A stretch of 63,163 nucleotides of DNA, the filler included, from Rhabdomonas costata (lineage: Eukaryota): NCBI GenBank assembly GCA_019059605.1. It is 38 parts of 38 records of this genome, joined end to end, with 100 filler letters (N's around TTAATTAATTAA, not from the genome) between each part and the next. Parts side by side here need not be neighbours in the genome. Positions count along the whole stretch, not along the records: positions 24,971 to 26,535 come from JAHMHO010012952.1; positions 26,636 to 28,200 come from JAHMHO010012953.1; positions 28,301 to 29,865 come from JAHMHO010012954.1; positions 29,966 to 31,529 come from JAHMHO010012955.1; positions 31,630 to 33,193 come from JAHMHO010012956.1; positions 33,294 to 34,860 come from JAHMHO010012957.1; positions 34,961 to 36,521 come from JAHMHO010012958.1; 31 more parts are not named here. One strand, 5' to 3'. The notes below the pieces were generated by a model. It ran no database searches. It saw only the letters and a list, made by a program, of their open reading frames with translations, and was not told the origin of the DNA. Positions 24,871 through 35,069 of the stretch are shown piece after piece. The position numbers and the translations under genes were made by a program. How positions within the stretch are numbered: the first letter of the stretch is position 1; each line of letters opens with the position of its first letter.

Positions 24871-24978
24871 NNNNNNNNNNNNNNNNNNNNNNNNNNNNNN
24901 NNNNNNNNNNNNNNTTAATTAATTAANNNNNNNNNNNNNNNNNNNNNNNNNNNNNNNNNNNNNNNNNNNNGTGGGTGT

Positions 24979-25059
24979 TGGGCTTGAGTGTCACTGCTCA
25001 ATAACAAAGCTCTGGAAGGACGGTCCGGCCTTGTTATTGAGCAGTGACACTCAAGCCCA
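24979..25059. repeat. Perfect 29-bp inverted repeat at the contig start (fold-back)
   Basis: Arms 24979-25007 and 25031-25059. Confidence 0.9.
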
Positions 25060-25151
25060 CACCACACGGCGTTCGCCGCGCCATATGATCCCCTTGCTCT
25101 GATACTGTGGTTTTCGCACCTGAGCTGATTGTTTCTATTGCGCCTCATAAG

Positions 25152-25373
25152 ATGGGGCTTCACGTCAACCTGGTCCTCTTGGTGGACCGGGCCTCGACGA
25201 TGGGCCCCATTGAGACCCGCACGGCCGCCACTCTGAGCAACATCCGCCGCACCAACGCAGAGATGGCATTGTTGCTGGGGGTTGTGGTGCTTGTGGCGCT
25301 GGTGTGTGCGGTGATAATTGGCTGGCTGGTGACGAGGTCCTTGTCCCGGCTGGCGTTGGGAATGGACATGCTG
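25152..25373 (+). CDS. Exon encoding a transmembrane helix and the start of a HAMP domain (receptor-type signalling protein)
   Basis: 74 codons between AG and GT: ...MALLLGVVVLVALVCAVIIGWLVTRSLSRLALGMDML. A TM helix followed by TRxLxRL...M is the start of a HAMP domain. Confidence 0.7.
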
Positions 25374-27050
25374 GTACAAGACTCTCTCCACCTCTCTTCC
25401 CGGCACCATCCACCTCCCTGTGCCTTGCTCGTATGAAGAGCCTCAATCCACGGCATGCCCGCACAAAAGGGGTGCCAACTGTAGCGGCGGCATGTAGCAG
25501 AGGGTTGGATGGATAAAGCAAACAGTTCAGTGTCCCGCTCAAAAAAGCAACCTCATCAAGGCAAGGGAAGAAACACAAACGCATGTACATACAGTGCAGC
25601 AGAGGGAGGTGGAGAATTGGGATAAGGGACTCTGGGTTGGGCGAGTGAATTGGCTCGCAGAAAGGTGCGCACGGACGCGCGTCACGCAGGTAAAAAAACG
25701 AAGAAGAGGGCCTGGGAGGCGGCGTGGAATAACACAGAAACAAAATGTTAACAAGGCAGAACAACACGGAACAAGAATGGGTCACAGCGGGGTGCCCGGA
25801 GGGAAGAGGAGAGGAGGTTGTGAGCGCGGTCTTACGAACCCCGAAGACGGGACTAGCCCTGAAGAGCCGAATGAAATTTCCCAGTAATCCACATAAGGTT
25901 CGTTAATTTTTTCGCAACACATTACCTCCCAGTATTTTCCTGGCACGTTGAGCCCAGATGCAGATCTGACCTCCCATTTTCTGGATTTTCGCACTAAAGA
26001 TATTGTTTGAGATTTTTTTTGCCATTTCCTCTGAGTATGCATCTGTGCGTGGTCGTTTTTGTTCGTGATTCTTTACCCTTTTCTCTCTCTTCCGAAGGCA
26101 CTGCTGAAGCTGGAGAGCCTTACGGGGACTCACGTTCTGGCCTCTCCCTCGCATTTTGGGGAAGTTTCGACGTGTGAGCTATCCTTTTTGTCTTTGGAGA
26201 GGTACATCTTCCTCCCGTCATATTTTCCTTTTTGCAGAGCCCTTTTCCGGATCGTTTTCCAGAACTCCTTTTTGCTAGTGCTGCTCACCTTTACCTCAGC
26301 CTATACATCTCATGCATACTCCCGTATCAAGTAATTCCTCTCTGCATCTCATTCCAGCCAGAAGACATTCCACTGGGGTACATCCTCCAACCTCTTGGCG
26401 GCAACTGCGCGTTTCTGCCATTGGAATAGCAGCCGGGAACTGTACATCGGGAAGGGGGAGTTCTCAACGTTTGGGGCTGAAGCGCGAGTGGGTGCTGGCC
26501 AAAACTGCCTTGAATTGTATGGTAACACAAAAAAANNNNNNNNNNNNNNNNNNNNNNNNNNNNNNNNNNNNNNNNNNNNTTAATTAATTAANNNNNNNNN
26601 NNNNNNNNNNNNNNNNNNNNNNNNNNNNNNNNNNNGTGTGGGTGTGTTTGGTTGGTTTTGGCGAAGTGCCCCCCCCCATGGCTTCTTGGATTCTTGTTCC
26701 TGTCATTGCTGTGCCTTTTTTCTCTTTAAAATTGAGATTTGGCGGTAAATAGCTTTTCATTCTGCGGAGCCCGAGCATATTGTTGACTGCGTTTCGAAAC
26801 AACAACTGGCCATACGCACCCCTCCTCCAAGACTCGATTCGACGTCTTTCTCGATATTGAAATTATTCTGACATGGAATTTTGCATGAGTGGTGGGGAGG
26901 GGTTCTCTCCATAAGACGTCGGTTGAAACGTTGGCTACAATGGCGTGACGCACATACTCATTTTCTGGGTTGTCGCGATCACTCCACTTTATACCCTAAA
27001 CTTCGCATGTCCATTTCCCAACTCCGTTTCAAAACGAGAGCAAAGCCCAC

Positions 27051-27291
27051 CTTCCGGGTGAGCAAGTACAGCAGCATATTCCGGGGGTTGATCTGCTCCA
27101 GTACCTCCGCCACAAGGGTTGCGTTGTAAGCGAAGTTCTTCGGGTTGCCCAGCAAGTCCTCGATGTCGATCGTCACTAGCATCGCCTTGGCGGTGTTTCC
27201 GATGAAGTCAGAGGTTCCCTGGCGAATCCAGGAGATGGAGGAATGCATAATCGATGCGTACGAGAAAGTTGACTCAGGAGCTTCTGTAGTC
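27051..27291 (-). CDS. Internal exon, possibly a Cache-like sensor domain
   Basis: AG/GT-bounded open exon: ...KAMLVTIDIEDLLGNPKNFAYNATLVAEVLEQINPRNMLLYLLTRK. The family call is tentative. Confidence 0.4.
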
Positions 27292-27939
27292 CTGACGACG
27301 GAAGTCAGGTTAACCACACAACACTAATAACGACAACAGCGGATTAGTAGCGGACGAACTTGCCTGGTCACTACTATGACGACGGGTGGCGGAAGCACCA
27401 GTGGCGGTCTAATTATGGAATTTCTCGAACAGAGTACTGTGCCCAAGGTTTGAGGAAACAGTTTCTGTGCCATTCCATACCCTTTGCCATTCGTTGGTAT
27501 TGTTGGTGGGTACTTTTCCTTGCTAGGCTTTGTCACAAGAATGGAACAGGTCCGTGTCAGGGTATTTCAGGGGCCAGGCGCAGAACGTTGGATTGATGGT
27601 ATGCTCTGGTGGGGACGTCGATTGGGGTGCAAAATTTGCTGTCACTTGACGGACCATGTCAAAAAGCAGGGGCCAATTCCACATAACACCGCATACCTTA
27701 TACGGTGTTATGCTGTCACACAATCAATAAAACTAGGACCAGACAGGTAATGAAGCTGTGGTTGGAGGTGTGAACGTGAACTTCCTCCAGTGACCCGAAT
27801 CGACAATGACAGAAAATATTCAAAACCTTCCATTGCAATGCACCTTCCCCGCGGTCACCCACTATCCCGCAGCAACTCATGCACGCGTGCTGTGCGCTGA
27901 GTTCTGCAAAAAAAACCTCTTTTTCAAAATTATTACTAA

Positions 27940-28009
27940 GCCTGTGGGCCCACGTATGGGCGTAACCTTACTTACAAGGTTATGCACGTAATTAACGTAG
28001 TCCACAGGC
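27940..28009. other. Nested hairpin immediately downstream of the IS3 transposase
   Basis: Outer stem GCCTGTGG/CCACAGGC (27940-27947, 28002-28009) and inner stem TAACCTT/AAGGTTA. Confidence 0.65.
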
Positions 28010-28014
28010 TTACC

Positions 28015-28197
28015 TGCAAAATGTACTTCTTTAGGACTACGATAATTTAATGCCTGATGCAACCTAGCATTCTTATCGTAGTGAAAATAATTACTTAGGT
28101 TTCTTTTGGCATCTATTGTCGAACTGTAATCATGGAGATAAACTTCTTCGTATTTTACAGTACGCCATAATCTTTCTAAGAAAATATTATCAAACAC
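28015..28197 (-). mobile_element. Bacterial IS3-family transposase, C-terminal end of the integrase core (truncated by the contig end)
   Basis: DNIFLERLWRTVKYEEVYLHDYSSTIDAKRNLSNYFHYDKNARLHQALNYRSPKEVHF matches the IS3 OrfB consensus DNIFIERLWRS.KYEEVYL..Y.....A...I..YF.FYN..RPHQALGY.TP.EVY. It is AT-rich and intronless. Confidence 0.9.
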
Positions 28198-28999
28198 ACA
28201 NNNNNNNNNNNNNNNNNNNNNNNNNNNNNNNNNNNNNNNNNNNNTTAATTAATTAANNNNNNNNNNNNNNNNNNNNNNNNNNNNNNNNNNNNNNNNNNNN
28301 GGTTGTGGGGTGTAGGGAGCTGAACCGAGTTGGACGAGGAGGACGATACTCTAGATTGAACGGAAGCAGCAAGGGAACCACCCAATGCGGCAGTGACTGT
28401 AGCCACCCTGGGCATCAACATCCCAACGCCAGCTGATGATGCTTAGGTGGAGTGTGAGCTGAGTGCGGCAACGCAGGCTGAGGTCACCTCTTTCTGAGAC
28501 CTAATCCCAAACGCCGAACTTGGCCTTGCCCCGTGGCCCCCGCGACTTTGTTCTACTGCAAGGCCCTGCACGTGTGGTGCACCCGGGAGACAGTGATTGC
28601 GAGAGCAGCTAGGTCCATTCACAACTGTTGGCGTGGAGGGCGCAGGTTTGGGGTTTAGGTCTTCATAAGTTCTGCCCCATGCCTCATCATCCAGGGCCGC
28701 ATCCTGGAGGACTCCGCTGTACCATGATGTGCCGGATGGGGCGGACCTGCTGGCGGTGGCAATCAGCCCCGCCCAATTAGCTCATGATCGTCATTATCAT
28801 GACGGCACGCCAAGCTTTGAGAGCTTGAGGGCTTGTGTGCGCTTCTGTGTACTGTGCTGTCCGCCCATTTGGTTTAATTGTTTACGTTTTTTACCTTCCC
28901 CTTCAAACCCCGGCTGCTCCGGGCAAGAAGCGGCACAAGATTGTTAAATATAAATGAGCCATTGTATTTTTGTCTTCATGTAAATCTCTTTCGCTACAG

Positions 29000-29149
29000 G
29001 CCGCCTCGGTGATCCTCTCGCACCCCGAGGCCCGGCTATACCGCCCGCAGCTGTACCACCTCGTCCGCGAGTTCTCGCCCATGGTGGTGGACCAGCACTT
29101 CGACTGGCTGCTGGCCCGGAGAATCCTCGTGGTGGATTCTGGGGGGCAG
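29000..29149 (+). CDS. Internal exon of an unknown protein (winged-helix-like pattern)
   Basis: 50 codons between CAG and GT: AASVILSHPEARLYRPQLYHLVREFSPMVVDQHFDWLLARRILVVDSGGQ. Confidence 0.55.
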
Positions 29150-29499
29150 GTCTCCCAGAGACAGATAGATCCACACACACACGGAGGCGGTTACATTCGA
29201 TTGCTATTGCTATGCTCTGCTACTCGATCTGAAACTCTTTGCTTGTGTTCCATCCACGTCACTTCACTGCCCACGGAGCAGAGTGAAGAGTGCTTCGAAT
29301 ACCAGAATGTTCTATTCAGAGACCAGCACTCTGACTGGCTGCTGGCCCGGAGAATCCTCGTGGTGGACTCCGAGGGACAGGTCTCCCAGAGACAGAGAAA
29401 GCGTTTCACTCGCAGAGGCGGTTGGAGAGGATCACCTCCTTTTCGGCTTACGGCAGTAAAATGATGTGGATGGAACACAAGCAAAGAGTTTTAGACCGA
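29090..29499. repeat. Diverged duplicate of an exon 3' end, enclosed by a diverged 48-bp inverted repeat
   Basis: Direct copies at 29090-29165 and 29321-29396. Inverted arms at 29224-29271 and 29452-29499. Both pairs carry several mismatches. Confidence 0.85.
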
Positions 29500-29987
29500 T
29501 TACCACAAAACAGCCGCATTCAACTTCGAATCCCACAGAAGAATGAACAATTCAGAGGGTTCTGCAGTTGTTTGTGCTGCGCGCGCGTATTATGTGTGGA
29601 GCTGGGCTGCTGTTTCCACCATGGCCGTATCGGAAGGGACAACAAAAGTATTGCAGCATGGCAGCAAGAGTCAGCTCTCCTCAGCCTCCCCTTCTGTTTT
29701 CCCTCCGCCTGGCGCCGCAGAGCGCAAGCTAATGCCGCAGTGGGAAAACACGTGCCTGCCCGCTGTGCGCAAACAATGCAGACGCAAATGGGCGGCAGAG
29801 GCTCGAGAGGAGAGCAATGCCTATTAACGAGCACACCCACCACACCCCCCCAAACACACCAACACNNNNNNNNNNNNNNNNNNNNNNNNNNNNNNNNNNN
29901 NNNNNNNNNTTAATTAATTAANNNNNNNNNNNNNNNNNNNNNNNNNNNNNNNNNNNNNNNNNNNNGGTTGGGGGTGGCGGCTCGTAC

Positions 29988-31478
29988 CTCCCGGAAATCA
30001 TGAACGAGCCAGAGGCCACACGGTGCTCGAACACCACCTTCCCGACGTCCAGCTTCCACAGAATGACCAACGGGATGTCCCACAGAAACTGCACCAGCAG
30101 AAGCACGTCAATGGTGAGGCACACCACGCCCAGGGCCTCGGAGGAGTCCGGGGCTACACAGGCGATTAGCGCGAAGAAGAACTTCAGAGCCTGAGGACCA
30201 CCCATTGCAAGGGATTGTAAACGCAAACAACAAGCGAAGAAGTGAAGGGTATGGTCGGTCTTTGACTCACCTGGGGAGGGGAGCTCTCTCAACTCTTAAG
30301 GTGATTCACATTCAAGATTGAAGTCTCGAAGGAGAGAGAGAGAGAAGTCAGCCCTTACGAAAGGCAAAAACCAAGGCATTGGAAGGTCCATGGTGCACCA
30401 AATTCCCGAAAAGCATATAATCCAAAAGGGACGCGAGCTCCCAGACAGATTCGTACTTCATACTTCAGCTCCCAGACAGATTCATACTTCCATAAAATCC
30501 TAACAATTTCCTTGTCTGTACCAATATCTCATTTGAGAGAGTCAGCCCTTATGAAAGGCAAAAAAACAAAGGCATTGGATAATGCATAGCACAACAAATT
30601 TACCGAAAGACATTTCGACAAATCGACTTGAAGGAGACGCGATCTCACAGATTCGCCGAAACGTCCGGCCATAAATTCCTTACTCTTGCGCTTCCTTAGC
30701 TTCAAATTCCCAAGCTTCCAATGGCCCTAAACCACGGCACTTCTGCGGTGGCTTACATCTCACCATGTTCTCGATTCCCTGTGCCCTGAGCCATGTCAGG
30801 GTTCTGCACTTACGCCCATAGCCAGTTCACCTCGAGCATGTGGGGCATCCACACCTGCAGCGCGGTGGCGATCTGAGCGACGATCCCCACCGCAAACAGC
30901 CGGTAAGGCTGCACGTGGAACAGGTACGACAGCACCATCGTCTGCCACACAAACCCAATCGTGGCCTGCGCCACCTTGTGCTGCCCCGTCGCCCCAATCA
31001 GCAGAGACCCCAGGAAGGCGCTCAGCCACAGCCCACACCCGCTCAGGTACCTATGGGTGTGATTTGATTGGGTGAGGCTTTCGCATCAAAATATCGTGTC
31101 CGTTTGTACGAAGGGAAGGAGAACAGCTGAGTCTCGAAAAAGCGCATACCGCCGCCCGATCCCGCTGAAGTCGCGGTACAAGAAGTCGCTGCCCGTGCCC
31201 ACGCAACGGTCCACAGGACGCCACGCCCAGAAGTAGCTCTGCTGCCGGTGGTGCATCTCCGGCCAGTCGCACGCAGTCCGCACATCGTCGAAGGTCTCCG
31301 TGTCGGGCTCCCGGCCGTACACAGCCTTTACCACTAGCATCGTCGCCGCCACCCACAGGCCCAGCACCGAGAAGATCACCAGCAGGCTCAGCACGACCCA
31401 GCCCCCGGGGTAGGGCCCCGAGATCGCCGCCCCCGCGGTGACTCCCAGCCCGTGCGAGAACAGCTTCACAAGGAAGAC
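29988..31478 (-). CDS. Multi-pass membrane protein, TRP C-terminal-like (Flc/Pkd2-type), three exons
   Basis: Exons 31478-31150, 31050-30855 and 30190-29988 splice in consistent phase. They encode several hydrophobic helices with FLYRDF...RY and L.YL..VQPY motifs. Confidence 0.65.
30335..30680 (+). repeat. Diverged ~200-bp tandem duplication within an intron
   Basis: AGTCAGCCCTTA(C/T)GAAAGGCAAAAA...AAGGCATTGGA occurs at ~30345 and ~30540. AGCTCCCAGACAGATTC also occurs twice within ~30436-30483. Confidence 0.7.
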
Positions 31479-33499
31479 CTGAGAATCCCCCTCCCGCAAC
31501 CGAATCGCATTCGGTAAGAAGGGTGTTGANNNNNNNNNNNNNNNNNNNNNNNNNNNNNNNNNNNNNNNNNNNNTTAATTAATTAANNNNNNNNNNNNNNN
31601 NNNNNNNNNNNNNNNNNNNNNNNNNNNNNTTTGTGGGGGTCCCACCAGCTGCTCCTTGGTGAACACCCCAGGCCCCCCCACTGGGGCGCTGGGGAGCATC
31701 GCTCTTCGGATCCTCTCTCTGTCTCTCTCGCTGGCCCCGACAGAAAAAACAGATGGGAGGGGGCGGGGATGCCTCTCTTGTGGCTCTGTGACAAATCAAG
31801 TCTGCTCGTTAAGCAGAGCTGCCACAATGACACAGGATGGTAGGCCGAAGAGGGCGCCTGCCCTACTGCGATGATTCCGAAAAGGCGAGGAACAGTAGAA
31901 CATTACGAGCCCGCACGCAGACGAGAGAGCAAGACTCTGCTAAACCACCAGCCGACGCTGTTGACACCAATGGTGGCTAATCCCAAACCGAAGAAACATC
32001 CAGACCTTCAACAAAAACTACGAATCCCCTTCCTTCTCTCCTCTTTCCCCTTACCGGCTCCGCGCGCAAACCCGAAAGCCAGCTTCCACAACGCACCATT
32101 ACCAGATTTAAGTTCAAATCATTCCTGAGCAAGATCGAAATCTTTAAGCTTTTAAGCCAAATTCGAATCTTGTGTAGCTTCATGCGTTTTCACAACATAC
32201 CATCCCATTCAACTTCAAACCCTTTAATTGAAGCCGAATCAGAGCCTTTAGTACGCTTTGTGTATTTGTATTTCCAACAAACCAAAATGAGCGCCATACC
32301 TGCCGTAGGGCCACGTCGCGGTCTGCGATCAGCTCCAGCAGCCAAAGGATAGTCCCTTAAGCCGCATGCTCTGTCATCAGTTTACGGTGTGGGGCAAAGG
32401 ATATCATATCGAAATGAGCTTTGCGGACTCAATCTCCGGTCCTTTCATTCTCGGAAGTGCGCAGTGCGAACGGAAAAAATCCCAGCCTGAAAAGAGCAGC
32501 CATTTTAGAGGTGACTTCGGTGTGAGTAGGTGACTGGCGTACCGAGTGCATTCACCCCCCAAAATCAAGGGATACGATGCCGGAGCAAATTCATTGCGAA
32601 TCCCCCACACCGCCTCGAACCGAAGGTATCACACCCGAAGTCATAAAGCAACACGCACCGATCCTCACACGCACAGAGAGTTGAGTCGGGTAGGTGAGAG
32701 CAAAAGAGAACGTGGGGAAAGGCCGGAAAGAGAGGCCAGGTGAATGAAAACCCCATGTGCCATTTTCTGAACCATGCTTAGCACTATGAGCGTTCATCGT
32801 CAAATAGGGAGTCACCCCCCTCCCTTCAAGCACAGGCACACACCAATCCCCATGCAGAACACACGAGCGAGGAAGAACCCACGCACAAGGAATAATCACA
32901 CCCACACTGCAAATCTCATAAAAGCACGCCGGATCAGCCATAGCCCATAGCTCGCAGAGGTACATAATTGAGCCAAAGCAACCAGCCAATGTGAGGACTC
33001 TTAGCTGCACAGTCGATCCGGACACCGCCAACGGCCTTCAGCGGCCAGGCAAACACAGAAGAGGCATATCGTCCGTTTGTCCTTTTTTTTTTGACCCCAC
33101 GAGTCCTATCCCCCAAACCGGGCAATCTATGATATAGTGGTGTTCTCTCACACACCCCAAAAGCAGTAAGGGTCCACCACTGTAACCACCCCCNNNNNNN
33201 NNNNNNNNNNNNNNNNNNNNNNNNNNNNNNNNNNNNNTTAATTAATTAANNNNNNNNNNNNNNNNNNNNNNNNNNNNNNNNNNNNNNNNNNNNTGTGTTC
33301 TTTGGGTTTGAACTCTTAACTCTTGCTTTTTATGCAGGTCATATCAGGGTCCCGGCTCAAATTTGGGCAGATGATTTCAAAAAACTAACCCCCAAGAGGT
33401 GGCCAGCACACTGTCGTTCACTCGTTCACATTGCTCGACACCTGTTTTGTAACGGAAAGGGAAAACAGGAGATGCGTACGGCAGCTACCGAAGAGAGAA

Positions 33500-34297
33500 T
33501 CCCCAGGCCTCCTCCAAGAGCTCCAGCAGAAAGGTCCCTGTGGCAGCAGTCCGGCCCCTGCCTTCGCGGCCGGAGTCCTGGCAGAGCTCCCGCAGCTGCC
33601 CGGCCAGCTCCACCACGACCTCTTTTCGGAAAAATGAAAGCCATGAGAAACCAAGATAAGGAGAGAGTCGGTTGTCGAATCAGCACGTAAAACAGCTACC
33701 ACGATGTTCCACGACCTTGGAACGCTGAGGCCAGCATGAAGGGGGAAAATGGCCAGGAAAGAAAAGGGGTACAGAGAAGGAGGTGCGAGGGAGGGTTTGC
33801 GGCAACAGAAGGAGAACAGAACACAGGGGCAACGTCAAAGACGAGCAGGTGGAAAAAGCTCGGCTCAGTTCATCCCATCCCATCTCCCGGCAAATCTTCC
33901 ACGACGCAGCTCCAAAACAGTGTCGAGCTCCAATAACGGCTAAAAAGCGAAAGTACTGATGATGATGATGAGTGGGATTGGATTAGGGTTGCTCATGGAG
34001 TGAACAACGCTCCTCACAATGAGTAACCCGGGGATCAGAAGATGGAAAGTCAGAGAGGTCAAGCCCCATGGTGAAGGAGAAAGAGACTCAGAGATCGGTA
34101 TGCTGGGACGGGGAGCGCACAAGAACACCTCCAACGGCGGAGGGCTCGCCGCACAAAGCTTGGGCCGCCGCCCGGGCGGCAGCCTGTATCCCCAGGCCAG
34201 CGTCGCCCGGGCTGTCGCCACCACTGAGGGCTTGCAGCAGGGCCCGCAGCAGGGCTAGCTGCCGCGCCATCCCTCCAGGGGCATTGCTAGGGCTGAC
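33500..34297 (-). CDS. Probable exons of an unknown Leu/Ala-rich helical protein
   Basis: GC-rich blocks read MARQLALLRALLQALSGG...AAQALCGEPSAVG and VVVELAGQLRELCQDSG...FLLELLEEAW. Boundaries of the second block are unclear. Confidence 0.35.
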
Positions 34298-34967
34298 CTA
34301 ATACACAAAAGGGCACCCTCCACCGAATCGCCACAACAGCCACAGACAACAGCCCGTGAAGTTTCGGAGGAGAGGTGGGCTGAACAAAATGAAGGAGCGT
34401 GCAATCCGAGAAAAGCCGTGTCACAATTAGGTTACTTTGAAAAAACCCAATATTTTCAGGTTCTGGTATTGGTAGACTGGTGGATGTAGCATTTCTGTAG
34501 CCCCCACCCCTCCCGAAACAAGCAAGTGAGGCTTTGTTATTTGGATTCCGCACCCCTGAAGCCCCACAACTAGGTGCACGCATTAATATTACACCACCTT
34601 CCGCTTTTCGGCAAAATAATACATAAAGAGCAACCAAAAGAGAAAAGAAAAGCATCGAAAAGAGAGACAGTCACACCGCCAGCCAAACTGTGACAAAGCC
34701 CAGGGGGTCCTGGGCAAAGCTCGGGCTGTCCCTTAAGAACTTCAGAAACCCAGGCACCCTTTCCGGCGAAAGACTCTCCACCGACTCTCGAGCGGAGGCC
34801 ACAGCGGCAGCAGCAGCCGGGGCTGCGGTGGCCGCGGCCTGAGCCCCTCGAAATGGGCCCNNNNNNNNNNNNNNNNNNNNNNNNNNNNNNNNNNNNNNNN
34901 NNNNTTAATTAATTAANNNNNNNNNNNNNNNNNNNNNNNNNNNNNNNNNNNNNNNNNNNNGGTTGGG

Positions 34968-35069
34968 GGGAGAACTGCACAAAAAGAAGAAGGCCTTCCT
35001 CCCGTTTCCAGGCGCAGGCGCAGGGATGGAAACGGGAGGAAGGCCTTCTTCTTTTTGTGCAGTTCTCCC
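34968..35069. repeat. Perfect 43-bp inverted repeat at the contig start (fold-back)
   Basis: Arms 34968-35010 and 35027-35069. Confidence 0.9.
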
